From positions 4,768 through 68,767 of the IMG/VR virus record IMGVR_UViG_3300028837_002527: a stretch of DNA of 64,000 bases. The stretch is one strand, 5' to 3'. The position numbers and the translations under genes were made by a program. Numbering within the stretch: the first letter of the stretch is position 1; each line of letters opens with the position of its first letter. A model generated the notes under the pieces. That model saw nothing but the letters and a program-made list of their open reading frames with translations, did not search any database and was not told the origin of the DNA. The DNA is from a virus. Positions 38,431 through 48,615 of the stretch are shown here, in pieces.

Positions 38431-39867
38431 ATGGCAAAGAAAAAGAAAATTCTTAAAGTAAAAATTACTAATTCAATTTCAATTAGCGCTTCTGATGTAA
38501 GTAGAAAAAAGTTAATTGAATTGAAAAAAGAATTCTCTGTACACAATCCTGAATATTATAAGATAAAAGGAATGGGATTTTCAACAAGAGGAATTAAACC
38601 CGTATATCAGCTCTATGAGCACTGGAAAGGTAGAATTTGGTTTCCAAGAGGTTTGATGGATAAGTTAAAAAAGTTATTACCTGATTTTAAATTTAAAGTT
38701 AAAGATGAAAGAATTGAAGTTTCTTTAAATAAAAAAGTAAAGTTAAAATCTGGATTTAAATTTTGGGAATCTCAAATAAATGCAATAAATATTTCAGTAA
38801 TAAAGGAGCAAGGAATAATTCATGGTGTTTGTGGTTCTGGTAAAACTGAAATACTTCTTGGTATTTTTGAGAGATTACAACAAAAAACACTTGTAATAGT
38901 TGATAAGCTTGAATTGATGAAACAATGGGTATCAAGAATTAACAAAAGATTCACAAATATTAATGTTGGTGAGATAGGCGGAGGTAAATGGAAAATTGGA
39001 AGGGATATAACAATTGGCTCTCAACAGACACTTATTAAACATGTTGATAAAATAAGAAATGAATTTGGAATTATCATAGCAGATGAGGTGCATCATTTTT
39101 CTTCACCTTCCTTCCTGGAATTAATTTCAAAATTAAATGCAAAGTACAGAATAGGAGCATCTGCAACTTTAAAGAGGAAAGATAGAAAGGAATTTTTAAT
39201 GTTTGCTGCTTTTGGAGATATTTTATATAAAATTACAGATGAGGATTTAAGTAAAAAGGGTAAAATATTTATAACACAGTTTATTGTTATTCCTACTAAC
39301 TTTAAATCTGAATTATATGTCCAAGAGAAAAAAAAACTTGATGGAGAAATAGAATATTATGGATACAACTTTCATGCTTTGTTAGGAGAGTTAAAAGAAG
39401 ATAAAGAAAGAAATGAATTAATATTAAAGTTTATAAAAAGAGAAGTAAAAAATGGACATAAGTGCCTTATTATGGCTGATAGAGTTTCTCATTGTATTTA
39501 TTTTAGAAATTTATTACTTTCAAACAATATAAGTGCAGGGATGATGGTTGGAGAAAAGGAATATGAAAATGAAAGAAAGAAAGCTCCTGAATTGCTTAAA
39601 CAAGGAAAGTTCTTTTGTATTGTTGTTTCTCCATTGGTACGTGAGGGCTTTGATTTACCAGAACTTGATAGAGCATTCATTATTAATCCATCTGCAAGTA
39701 ATGAATTAAAAATACAACAGCAATCAGGTAGAGTGAAAAGGATTGCAAAAGGTAAAAAAGATGCTAAAGTTTATTACTTTTGGGATAAAGAAGTAGTTGG
39801 ATTTGATAGACATATTAAACTGCTTCAAAAGTTGTTTAAAAATTTGAAGATTTATAGAGAAAAGTGA
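38431..39867 (+). CDS. superfamily 2 (DEAH/UvsW-like) helicase
   Basis: GVCGSGKT, DEVHH, SAT, EGFDLP, QQSGRVKR. Confidence 0.92.
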   Translation: MAKKKKILKVKITNSISISASDVSRKKLIELKKEFSVHNPEYYKIKGMGFSTRGIKPVYQLYEHWKGRIWFPRGLMDKLKKLLPDFKFKVKDERIEVSLNKKVKLKSGFKFWESQINAINISVIKEQGIIHGVCGSGKTEILLGIFERLQQKTLVIVDKLELMKQWVSRINKRFTNINVGEIGGGKWKIGRDITIGSQQTLIKHVDKIRNEFGIIIADEVHHFSSPSFLELISKLNAKYRIGASATLKRKDRKEFLMFAAFGDILYKITDEDLSKKGKIFITQFIVIPTNFKSELYVQEKKKLDGEIEYYGYNFHALLGELKEDKERNELILKFIKREVKNGHKCLIMADRVSHCIYFRNLLLSNNISAGMMVGEKEYENERKKAPELLKQGKFFCIVVSPLVREGFDLPELDRAFIINPSASNELKIQQQSGRVKRIAKGKKDAKVYYFWDKEVVGFDRHIKLLQKLFKNLKIYREK

Positions 39868-39977
39868 AAGTTAGAAAATTATTCTCTTTAGAGAAATATG
39901 CTTAATGTTTCTTACGTGAACGCTCATTAAATTCTGGGGAGATTTTAGATGATTTTCTTTATAGAAGGTAGCCAAGA

Positions 39978-40016
39978 CGTTGATTTATACCACGGGGACA
40001 AAGATAGCTCCCCAGG
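39978..40016 (+). repeat. dispersed bipartite motif copy 2 (degenerate)
   Basis: cgttgatttatacca-cggggacaaag-atagctccccagg. Confidence 0.6.
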
Positions 40017-40029
40017 AGGAGCTTTCTGG

Positions 40030-40072
40030 CGCACAGGGGATATGAATATGGGTATATTTAATATCCCCTGTG
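40030..40072. other. long hairpin just upstream of the initiator gene
   Basis: GCACAGGGGATAT...ATATCCCCTGTGC perfect 13-bp arms plus inner stem. Confidence 0.75.
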
Positions 40073-40090
40073 CAATGTGGAGATAAATTT

Positions 40091-41239
40091 ATGAAAAAAA
40101 TAAAGAAAGTAAAAAAAGATAAAAAGTTTGAGTTTACAATAGATAGATTGGAAGAGTTACTTATATTTAACAAGACTGGTAATTATTCAAGTAATTTAAT
40201 GAGACTGCTTGCTTATATAATCATTAAATTTAATGGAAGCAAGTCTATTCAACTTTGGTACCAAGAAGATAGATGGTTGAAAAGAAATTTTTTTAAAACC
40301 AAATTTAATCGTTGTTTAGGATTTTTAAAACAAAAAGATATTATTCAGACTATTTTTTCCAGAAAGAAAACTTATAGAATAAATTATAGACTTTTAGGAG
40401 AATTGATTACTAACGATTTGGACATTGATATTTTGTTAGAGATTAAAGAACATTATGAGGAAATGTTTGATTTTTTAGCAGAAAGAAGAAAAAATACAAA
40501 GTTAATTAAATTACAAGATGAAAAATTGAGTGAGAGCGAGAGAAAATCGGTCAAGGAAAAAGGAGTAAACTCCTTTTCCTTTTTAACTCCTAAACACTCT
40601 AACTCTCTAATAAATAATAATATAATAGCTAATAGAGATAAGGGGGGGATATATAAGGGGGGGAAAGGAGATGTTAAGTTAAAGAAGATAAAAAAGATAA
40701 AAGGAATAGAAAGTGGGAGTGATTTTAGAAAGGAAACAAGAAAAAGAGAAGGATTTTATAAGGGTAGTAATAAGAATAAAAAGTTAAGAAAGGACTCAAC
40801 TGTATTGTATGGTGAGTATAGGCGCAATCCTTCAGAGAATCCTAAGTTAAATTCTTGGAGAAATAGAAATATTAGAGATTGGAGACCTATTGAGTTTCTT
40901 GGATATTATATTTATTTATATAGGGAAGAAGTAGGACGTGAAAATGTTGCAATGCAAGATGACCAAACTTACATTAAATTTAAAAATGCAATTAGAAAAA
41001 TATTACGTAATTGGTTTGACAATGATAGAAAAGAAATGAAAGAATATTTGGAGTGGGCAGTTTATTACTTTACAAATGAGATGGATGAAAGATACATGCC
41101 TTCAGTAAATCTTATTTTTGATTTATATGGTAAAGTAAGTTGGGTATTTGATACTTATATTGGAACAAAAGTAAAAAGAAAAAAGAAAAAAAGAAAAGAT
41201 AGCGACTGGGCATCTAACGATAAGTGGAAAGGAAATTAA
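40091..41239 (+). CDS. putative replication initiator (O/DnaD-like)
   Basis: Upstream of DnaC/DnaB/DnaG; N-terminal wHTH-like region; central low-complexity linker with GGGGGGATATATAAGGGGGGG. Confidence 0.6.
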   Translation: MKKIKKVKKDKKFEFTIDRLEELLIFNKTGNYSSNLMRLLAYIIIKFNGSKSIQLWYQEDRWLKRNFFKTKFNRCLGFLKQKDIIQTIFSRKKTYRINYRLLGELITNDLDIDILLEIKEHYEEMFDFLAERRKNTKLIKLQDEKLSESERKSVKEKGVNSFSFLTPKHSNSLINNNIIANRDKGGIYKGGKGDVKLKKIKKIKGIESGSDFRKETRKREGFYKGSNKNKKLRKDSTVLYGEYRRNPSENPKLNSWRNRNIRDWRPIEFLGYYIYLYREEVGRENVAMQDDQTYIKFKNAIRKILRNWFDNDRKEMKEYLEWAVYYFTNEMDERYMPSVNLIFDLYGKVSWVFDTYIGTKVKRKKKKRKDSDWASNDKWKGN

Positions 41240-41240
41240 A

Positions 41241-41342
41241 ATGAATAAGAAAAATATTATAAAGGGAATACTTTGGGGAGTTGTATTTGCTTTAGTAATG
41301 TGGGCATGTCTTGGTTTATTAGTATGCGTGATATGGAGGTAG
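41241..41342 (+). CDS. 33-aa membrane peptide (absent from ORF track)
   Basis: MNKKNIIKGILWGVVFALVMWACLGLLVCVIWR; RBS AAAGGA; fills the gap exactly. Confidence 0.6.
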   Translation: MNKKNIIKGILWGVVFALVMWACLGLLVCVIWR

Positions 41343-41343
41343 A

Positions 41344-42054
41344 ATGGAAACAAAGTTATCTTTTGAAGAAGTAAAAAAAGAAACAAGGTTATTATCAACA
41401 AAGATAAATTGTTTAACTACGAAGAAAAAAACTATTCCAAAAATTTTAAATGAAGATGACAAATGTAATTTAATTGAGAAGGATATGCCAAGACGATTTA
41501 TTGATTTGTATTTTGGAGATTTTGAAAAAGTAATATCAGAAGAAAATTTTGAAAAGATAAAAAAGTATATAAAGGATTTTTGGAAGAACTTGATAAATGG
41601 AAAAGGAATGATATTTGTTGGACCAGTAGGAACTGCAAAAACAGCTGCTGCTTGTTTACTAATGAAGTATGCTTATTCATTTTTTTTAAATGAAAAGTTT
41701 TATTTTCAATATAAAAAATATAATAAGGGAGTTTTGACTTTAGAAGAATCTGTTCAGTTTGTTTTATCAGGAAAAATGCTTTTTGATTATTTTGGCGATA
41801 AAGAATCGTTTTTAAAATTAAAAGATAAGTCGTTTTTAATTATAGATGATATTACTAAGCCAACACAGAACTTTTTTGTAGAGGTATTTGATTTTGTAAT
41901 AAGACATAGGGAATTGAATAATTTACCAACTATATTAACATCTCAACTTCCAATGAAAAAATTAAAGGAATTTTTTGGATTACCAGTATATGACTTAATA
42001 AAAGGAAATTATAAAGTTCTTAAATTTCTTGGTAAATCGAAAAGATGGCAGTAA
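41344..42054 (+). CDS. dnaC: DnaC/IstB-like helicase loader
   Basis: GKGMIFVGPVGTAKT, FLIIDDI, R..NNLPTILTSQ. Confidence 0.8.
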   Translation: METKLSFEEVKKETRLLSTKINCLTTKKKTIPKILNEDDKCNLIEKDMPRRFIDLYFGDFEKVISEENFEKIKKYIKDFWKNLINGKGMIFVGPVGTAKTAAACLLMKYAYSFFLNEKFYFQYKKYNKGVLTLEESVQFVLSGKMLFDYFGDKESFLKLKDKSFLIIDDITKPTQNFFVEVFDFVIRHRELNNLPTILTSQLPMKKLKEFFGLPVYDLIKGNYKVLKFLGKSKRWQ

Positions 42055-42320
42055 GTTTTGTAGGTTGTAGTTTAAAGGATAAGAATTTGCTTTGTGCATG
42101 TAAGGAGGAAAGAGTGTGCGATAAAAGGAAAAAAGAAGAAGTGAAAAGTAAAAGAGAAAGAATAGTTAAAATATTGTTTAAAGGAATAGGCCCATCATAC
42201 TGGCACAGAGGAGATGGAAGAATAGTGTTTCCAGGAGAAACTGTAATATTTAGAGAATCAGAGTTACCAAAGACTTTATTTGATAGGTTGTTAAAAAAAG
42301 AGAAAAAGAATGAAAAGTAA
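42045..42320 (+). CDS. hypothetical protein
   Basis: 91 aa, overlapping neighbours. Confidence 0.5.
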   Translation: MAVSFVGCSLKDKNLLCACKEERVCDKRKKEEVKSKRERIVKILFKGIGPSYWHRGDGRIVFPGETVIFRESELPKTLFDRLLKKEKKNEK

Positions 42321-43635
42321 AAGAGAGAAATTTCTTGAATACGAAGTCAATGTTGCTAATGAGCAAACTATTATAGCATCTGCTGTCAAATCAAAAAAGA
42401 AAAAGGAAAAGATATTTAGTAAGATAGAACCAAAAGATTTTGTAGCAAGGAGGCATAGAAATATTTTTCAAGTCTTATTGTGGATGAGGAGAAGGGATTT
42501 AAAGTTTAATGAAGATACTTTTATGCAAATGGCAGGAGATTTGGATGTTGGTAAAGTTAGATATGTAAGAAAGATAATTAGTACGTTTGATGCAAATACT
42601 AATATTAATTTTCATATAGAACAACTGAAAGCAGATAGATTGAAGTTTGATTTATATAGAGGTCCGGTTCCTGAATTAATGGATATTACTGCAACAAGAA
42701 GTTCTGACAAAGAATCAATTATAGAAATAGCAAATAAGATAAGTGAGAGAATAAGAAAAGAAACAGGGTTAGATGGTACGTTAGATAAAGAAGAATTAAG
42801 AAAAATGTATTTAAAAGACTTTAAGGAAAGAGCAAAGATAAAGTTTATTGGTACAGGTTTAAAGGAATTAGACGATAAGTTGATTGAAGGATTTTCTCCT
42901 AGTACAGTTTCCATTATTGCTGGCAGACCTTCAATGGGTAAAACGATATTTATGCTTAATGTTATATTTAATTTATCTCATTCAAAGAAGATGTTAATAT
43001 GTGAAATTGAAATGGGGACACTGATGATAATGGATATGTATATTTCATTGTGTACAGGAATTAAACTTGATAAACTAATAAAAGAATCTGCACAATTAAC
43101 ACTTAGTGAAAGAAAAAGAATTAGAAGAAAAGCAAAGCAAATAACAGAGAATGAAAACTTAATATTTATGGATGACCCTAAATTAACTCTTGATAGATTA
43201 GAAATAGAGTTGAAGAATAATAAGTATGATATTTGCTTTATAGACTTATTTAGTAGGTTAAATGATGTAGTTCCAAGTCCAGAAGGATTTACAAGAAAGT
43301 TGTATCAAGTAAAGAGAATAGTAAGAATGACTGGTACACATATTTGTTTAATACATCAAATGAAAAGAAGGACAGGGAAGGAATCAAAAAGACCAACATT
43401 AGAAAAGTTGAAAGATAGTGGTACGTTTGAAGAAGCAGCAGATTTAGTTTTGGGTGTACATAGAGAAAAATATTATCGTCCTCAGTTAGCAAAAGATATT
43501 GCTGAAATAATTGTACTAAAACAGAAAAGAGGAGAGAGCGGTGTAAGTGTTCCGTTTAGGTTTAATGGTCATATATGTGAACTTGGTGAATATGAAAAGG
43601 ATTACGCTTATGGCAGAGATTTCACAGAATTTTAA
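42310..43635 (+). CDS. dnaB: replicative DNA helicase DnaB
   Basis: AGRPSMGKT, EIEM, HQMKR, RPTLEKLKDSGTFEEAAD, KQKRG. Confidence 0.92.
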   Translation: MKSKREKFLEYEVNVANEQTIIASAVKSKKKKEKIFSKIEPKDFVARRHRNIFQVLLWMRRRDLKFNEDTFMQMAGDLDVGKVRYVRKIISTFDANTNINFHIEQLKADRLKFDLYRGPVPELMDITATRSSDKESIIEIANKISERIRKETGLDGTLDKEELRKMYLKDFKERAKIKFIGTGLKELDDKLIEGFSPSTVSIIAGRPSMGKTIFMLNVIFNLSHSKKMLICEIEMGTLMIMDMYISLCTGIKLDKLIKESAQLTLSERKRIRRKAKQITENENLIFMDDPKLTLDRLEIELKNNKYDICFIDLFSRLNDVVPSPEGFTRKLYQVKRIVRMTGTHICLIHQMKRRTGKESKRPTLEKLKDSGTFEEAADLVLGVHREKYYRPQLAKDIAEIIVLKQKRGESGVSVPFRFNGHICELGEYEKDYAYGRDFTEF

Positions 43636-43722
43636 AAGATGTCCAATTTGTTGGGGTAATGCAAATATGTGTGATTTGAAATTGAAGAAAAATATTATAA
43701 GATAGTTATTCAAAGAATATAG
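43610..43722 (+). pseudogene. deletion scar: Lar-like N-terminus plus methyltransferase-like C-terminal fragment
   Basis: MAEISQNFKRCPICWGNA..; in another frame FEIEEKYYKIVIQRI*. Confidence 0.35.
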
Positions 43723-43745
43723 AAATATAAGCAAGAGAAAAGAAA

Positions 43746-44771
43746 ATGATTAAAGATATAAAATACAGACGAGTAATGAGGAGTGCTGATTTAAGATTAG
43801 TATTGCAGCATCTTAATATTGAGTACGAAGAAATAGGCAAAGAATTAAGAATTGAATGTCCAAATCCAAATCATAATGATAAACATCCATCTTGTACATT
43901 ACATTTTGATAATAAGTCAAATAAATTTGGATGGTGTTCCTGTTTTGGTTGTGGATTTCATGGTACAATAAAAACATTAATTTCTGTAGTTGAAAATATT
44001 TCTATTGATAAAGCACAAAGTTATTTAATTAATTTTTATATAAAAAACAAAGGAAAGAAGATTATAACAAACTATGGAAGTATAAGAGAAAAAGAAAGTA
44101 AAAAGAAAATAAAAATAAAATTGCCTGAAGAATTTAAATTAATAGAAATAGGTTCAAATAGTTCATATGAAAAGTATTTGTTAGGTCGTGGATTAACTAA
44201 AAAAGAAATAGTAAAATATGGTTGGGGATATTGTTTTAGTGGAATATATCGTAAGAGAGTAATTTTACCGGTATATAAAAAGAAAAGATTAGTAAATTTT
44301 TATACAAGACATATCACCACAGATATAGAAGAAAGAAAAGCATGGAATGCTAAGTTCTCAATTATAGCAGAAGTAATTTTTCCTTATAATGAAATAGATT
44401 TTAATTTACCTTATATTTGGATAACAGAATCTGTTTTTAATTTTTTTAGTTTAAGAAAGTTAAAATTAAAAAATATTATTTGTATTTTTGGTAATAAAAT
44501 AACTGATTGGAAAGTTGATTTAATGAGAAAGTTTTATGAAATAAGAATAGTGCCCGATGGAGATAAGGGTGGAGACGAATTAGTTCAAAGTATTTTTTTA
44601 GCATTGAAAAAGGATTGTTTAGTTAAATCTGTTAAGATGATTCAAGGAGAGGATGCGAATTCCATAACAACGAAACAAACAATAAAACAATTAGAAAATG
44701 TTATAAAAACTTTGAATATAGTTAAACGAAAAAAGTCAAAAGTTAAACTGAGTTATAAAATTGATAAATAA
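43746..44771 (+). CDS. dnaG: DNA primase (CHC2 zinc finger plus TOPRIM)
   Basis: CPNPNHNDKHPSC, CFGCG, YLLGRG, ITES, VPDGDKGG, EDAN. Confidence 0.9.
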   Translation: MIKDIKYRRVMRSADLRLVLQHLNIEYEEIGKELRIECPNPNHNDKHPSCTLHFDNKSNKFGWCSCFGCGFHGTIKTLISVVENISIDKAQSYLINFYIKNKGKKIITNYGSIREKESKKKIKIKLPEEFKLIEIGSNSSYEKYLLGRGLTKKEIVKYGWGYCFSGIYRKRVILPVYKKKRLVNFYTRHITTDIEERKAWNAKFSIIAEVIFPYNEIDFNLPYIWITESVFNFFSLRKLKLKNIICIFGNKITDWKVDLMRKFYEIRIVPDGDKGGDELVQSIFLALKKDCLVKSVKMIQGEDANSITTKQTIKQLENVIKTLNIVKRKKSKVKLSYKIDK

Positions 44772-44922
44772 TAGATAAATTATAATAAGTTACAAGTGGT
44801 CCGCCCTTGTCTTTATATTTTTGAGACTTACACTTGAAAAAATATATTTTTTTAAAAGTTTTTTAAATTATTTTAAGTAAAGGACTTATGATAAATCTTG
44901 AAAAATATTACAAAAGTTTTAG

Positions 44923-44950
44923 TGGACTCATGGCTCATATTTGTTATAAT
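44923..44950 (+). promoter_or_regulatory. strong extended -10 sigma70 promoter
   Basis: TGGACT-16 nt-TATAAT with TG extension and AT-rich upstream. Confidence 0.7.
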
Positions 44951-44986
44951 AAAGGCAAAAGATGGAACCTAAAGAAAGGAGGATGA

Positions 44987-45052
44987 ATGAAACAAAGATT
45001 TCTAAAGAGAATTAAAAAGAAAAGGCACGGACAAATGCTTGCACTTTTATAG
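44987..45052 (+). CDS. 21-aa basic leader peptide
   Basis: MKQRFLKRIKKKRHGQMLALL after RBS AAGGAGG. Confidence 0.4.
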   Translation: MKQRFLKRIKKKRHGQMLALL

Positions 45053-45076
45053 CAAGAGCAAAAAGGGGATAAAATA

Positions 45077-45577
45077 ATGAGAGGATATTATCGTACATAT
45101 TTGGAATATAGAGGTGAATATTCAAATAGAAAATTACAGAAAGAATGGGATAGAAAATTACAGAAAGAATGGGAGTTTGGTTATTGTATTAAAAGAGTTG
45201 TTGAAGAAAATATAATAAATACTCTTGTTCTTGGAGGAGATAAGGAAAAGGCAAAAAAGAATATAGGAAAATTTTATAGTTACATTGTTTGTCGGGGATA
45301 CAAAAACAAAAGTTACAAAATAATTAAAGAAAGATATTTTAGCAGAAAATGGAAAGCAAAAGACTGGTGCTACAAAGAATATTGTAAAAAGAAAGGAATT
45401 GAATTTGAATCTTTACATCATGTTTCAGAAAAAAGAAAGGAGCAAGGCAAAAAACTTTACAAAAAACTTCAGGAAAAGAAACAGCAAAAACAAACAAATC
45501 GTGCCAGATTATCTGGTAAAATAATTCGTAGAATTATTAGAAGAAAGGAGTCACACAATGACGAAAGCAGTATCTGA
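45077..45577 (+). CDS. hypothetical basic protein
   Basis: RBS AAGGGG; contains perfect 24-nt tandem duplication 45126-45173. Confidence 0.7.
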   Translation: MRGYYRTYLEYRGEYSNRKLQKEWDRKLQKEWEFGYCIKRVVEENIINTLVLGGDKEKAKKNIGKFYSYIVCRGYKNKSYKIIKERYFSRKWKAKDWCYKEYCKKKGIEFESLHHVSEKRKEQGKKLYKKLQEKKQQKQTNRARLSGKIIRRIIRRKESHNDESSI

Positions 45578-46622
45578 AAAAGATAGGGATGTCCTTAATC
45601 AGATTTTTCAAAAAGGAGTTTTAATTGATTTGGATGTTTCATGGTGGATGGGACAAACAAAACTTCGTCCTGAAGATTTGGGAATTCCTGGAAAAAATAT
45701 TAATCTGGATTTGTTTTCTCTTGGTAGAAAAAGGTATATACCTAAAACATGGATTGGAAAATTTAGAAAATATGAGCAATTAGCAAGACAGAATGTTGCT
45801 AGATATTGTTTTAAATACAAAAATCTTGGAGGGTGGTACATTCCAATGGGGGCACTTCGAAAATTGGTTGGAGAGTTGGAGTATTGTAAAGGAGAATTTT
45901 ACAAAGTAGTTGAAGAATTTAGAAAAAACTATCCAAGAATAAAAGAAAAAATGATTAAAGAATACGAGAAAGAAACAGATACAATTTATAAAAGGTTAAG
46001 GACGTTAACACGTCAGTTACCTGCACAAGAAGATTTTAGAAAAATCTTTATGAAAAAGATAAAAGATTTCTATCCTGTAGACCCAACAGATTACTTTAAA
46101 TTTACTTTTACTTTTTTTGAAATTACAATTCCTCGTGACTTTCAGGCAAAAGTAACAAATATTAAAAAGAAATTAACAAAAGAGGAACAAAAAACACAAA
46201 GAGAAGAATTAAGGAAACAAACATTAATAAATCAATATAGGAATTCATTTCAAACACAAATTAATGAGTTTCTTGGTTCAGTTGTATTACAGTTAAGAAG
46301 TTCAACAGTTGAATTTGCAGAAAGAGTAAGAAAGCAAATTGAGGGAGGTAAAGTAACAGAACCGAGATTAAATCGAATACGAGAGTATATAGAAAGATTT
46401 AAAATGATAAATTTTATAGATGACAGGGAAGTTCAGAAAGAGTTAGAAACACTTAAAAAACATGTAACAAAGAAGTCAGCAGATGATTTCAACTCTAATC
46501 AGGATTTAGAAACACGTCTTCGTGAAACACTTGGAAAAGTAGTTCAAGCAGCTTCCAAGAATGGAAGTGATGTAATTAAAAAGTCGTTTAGCTACAAACG
46601 GCGTATAGTCAGAAAAAAGTAA
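45558..46622 (+). CDS. DUF3150-like protein
   Basis: GVLIDLDVSWW.G..KLRPEDLG, SLGRKRYIP, GGWYIP; precedes AAA gene. Confidence 0.65.
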   Translation: MTKAVSEKDRDVLNQIFQKGVLIDLDVSWWMGQTKLRPEDLGIPGKNINLDLFSLGRKRYIPKTWIGKFRKYEQLARQNVARYCFKYKNLGGWYIPMGALRKLVGELEYCKGEFYKVVEEFRKNYPRIKEKMIKEYEKETDTIYKRLRTLTRQLPAQEDFRKIFMKKIKDFYPVDPTDYFKFTFTFFEITIPRDFQAKVTNIKKKLTKEEQKTQREELRKQTLINQYRNSFQTQINEFLGSVVLQLRSSTVEFAERVRKQIEGGKVTEPRLNRIREYIERFKMINFIDDREVQKELETLKKHVTKKSADDFNSNQDLETRLRETLGKVVQAASKNGSDVIKKSFSYKRRIVRKK

Positions 46623-46634
46623 GGAGGTACATTA

Positions 46635-48197
46635 ATGTCTTTTAAAGAAGAGTTTAAAGCTCACATAAGTGCAGGTTATCCTCTTTTGTATGTAAAAACG
46701 TACGAAGAGAAACGTGCACAAATCACAATAAGAGAAGTTGCTAAGAGTATTCCAAAACAATGTTTTTTTTGGACAGTAACAGTAGGTCTTTGTGAAGTGG
46801 AGTTGAAGGCTGAGGGAACAGGTGAACCTATTCCAGAGACAATATCTCCAGATGATTTAGTTCGGCATCTGGCAGAAAGTTTTAAGGAGGACCTTGCAAT
46901 TGTTGTTCTTTTTGATTATCACGAATTTCTTAATGACCCAGTAATTAAAAGGAGAATAAGAGATTTGGAAGGAAAGTTTAAAGAGAAAGGAAATAATTTA
47001 GTTTTTCTTTCTCCAATTTTAAAAATTCCAGATGAGCTTCAGAAGGATATGACATACTTAGAATTTGAGCTTCCAAATCAAAAAGAGCTTGAAAAAGTTG
47101 TTAAGGAAATTTCAAAGGATAATGATGTAAAAATTGGAAAGGATAAAGTTGAAGCAATTGTAGATTCAATCAAAGGATTGACTACAATGGAAACAGAAAA
47201 TGCTGTTTCACTTTCTATTTACAAACACAATGGTATTATTCCAAATGAATTAAGAAAGAGTAAAGTTCAGATAATAAAGAAATCAGGAATACTTGAATAT
47301 CGTGAAGCAGATACAAACATGAATGATGTAGGAGGATTTGGAAAGTTAAAAGAATGGCTCCAATTTAGAAAAAGAGCCTTCACAAAAGAGGCAAGAGAAT
47401 ACGGAATTGTTCCTCCAAAAGGGGCTTTACTTCTTGGATTGCCAGGATGTGGAAAGTCTTTGGTAGCAAAATCAATATCAAGTGAATGGGGTTATCCTCT
47501 ACTCATTCTTGATATTGGTAAAATATTTGGAAGTCTTGTTGGACAATCTGAAGAAAACACAAGGCAAGCTCTTCAATTAGCAGAAGCAGTAGCACCATGT
47601 ATTATGATGGTAGATGAAATAGAAAAAGGGCTTGCTGGTTCTGCTTCAGGTGGAAAACACGATTCAGGTGTTACTTCTCGTGTTTTTGGAACGATTCTTA
47701 ATTGGATGCAAGAGAGACAGGCAGATGTCTTTGTTGTGGCAACTGCAAATCAAATTAAAATGCTTCCACCTGAATTTTTAAGAAAAGGTAGATTTGATGA
47801 AATCTTTTTTGTTGACCTTCCTTTTCCAAACGAAAGAGAAGAAATATTTAAGATACATTTAAAGAAAAGGAAGAGGAAGCCGAATAGCTTTAATATAGAT
47901 GAATTGGTGGAAGCGACAGAGAAGTTTACTGGCTCTGAAATAGAAGAAGCGATAAATTCAGCTTTATTTTACTCTTTTGAAAAGAAAAGAGAATTAAAAA
48001 CAGAAGATATTTTAAGAGCGGTAGAATCAACAACGCCACTGTCTAAAACAATGGCAGAAGATTTAAACATTCTTCGTGACTGGGCCAGAGATAGAGCAGT
48101 TAATGTTTCTGGTAAAAGGATTAAGAAGATTAAAAAATTAAGTGGTAAAAGAAGGATTCAAAGGTCAAAAGACGAAGATTCATTTAACCTTAATTAG
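46635..48197 (+). CDS. AAA+ ATPase, Ycf46 family
   Basis: AGYPLLYVKTYEE.R, GLPGCGKS, VDEIEK, ATAN, PPEFLRKGRFDEIFFVDLP. Confidence 0.92.
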   Translation: MSFKEEFKAHISAGYPLLYVKTYEEKRAQITIREVAKSIPKQCFFWTVTVGLCEVELKAEGTGEPIPETISPDDLVRHLAESFKEDLAIVVLFDYHEFLNDPVIKRRIRDLEGKFKEKGNNLVFLSPILKIPDELQKDMTYLEFELPNQKELEKVVKEISKDNDVKIGKDKVEAIVDSIKGLTTMETENAVSLSIYKHNGIIPNELRKSKVQIIKKSGILEYREADTNMNDVGGFGKLKEWLQFRKRAFTKEAREYGIVPPKGALLLGLPGCGKSLVAKSISSEWGYPLLILDIGKIFGSLVGQSEENTRQALQLAEAVAPCIMMVDEIEKGLAGSASGGKHDSGVTSRVFGTILNWMQERQADVFVVATANQIKMLPPEFLRKGRFDEIFFVDLPFPNEREEIFKIHLKKRKRKPNSFNIDELVEATEKFTGSEIEEAINSALFYSFEKKRELKTEDILRAVESTTPLSKTMAEDLNILRDWARDRAVNVSGKRIKKIKKLSGKRRIQRSKDEDSFNLN

Positions 48198-48211
48198 AAA
48201 GGAGAAGTAAC

Positions 48212-48604
48212 ATGTCTCATTGGACAACAGTCAAGACAAAAATTAGTGTTAAGAACATAGGAGCGTTGAAAGACGCTCTTAAAGAACTTTTTCCTGAAAA
48301 TGAGATTCAGGAAAATTCTACAGTGAGAGGTTATCGAAGTCCTCAAACTGCACGTCTTGTTTTGAGGGGGAAACGAGGAAATTATGACATTGGATTTACT
48401 GAGGGTGAAAAAGGAACACTTTCAATTGTAACAGATTGGTGGGGGGCCGCTCGAGAGTTTGGGCAACGAGAAAATACTATTAATAAGATTAAACAAGGTT
48501 ATTCCAAGCATGTGATAGTGAGACAGGCAAAAACAAAAGGTTTTTTTATAAAAGAAACTAAAACTAAAGAAGAAGGTATTCGCCTTCATCTTACAAAGTA
48601 CTAA
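48212..48604 (+). CDS. DUF1257 (Ycf35-like) protein
   Basis: MSHWTTVKTKI, VRGY, YDIGF, DWWG, KQGY. Confidence 0.85.
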   Translation: MSHWTTVKTKISVKNIGALKDALKELFPENEIQENSTVRGYRSPQTARLVLRGKRGNYDIGFTEGEKGTLSIVTDWWGAAREFGQRENTINKIKQGYSKHVIVRQAKTKGFFIKETKTKEEGIRLHLTKY

Positions 48605-48615
48605 GGAGGTGTACA

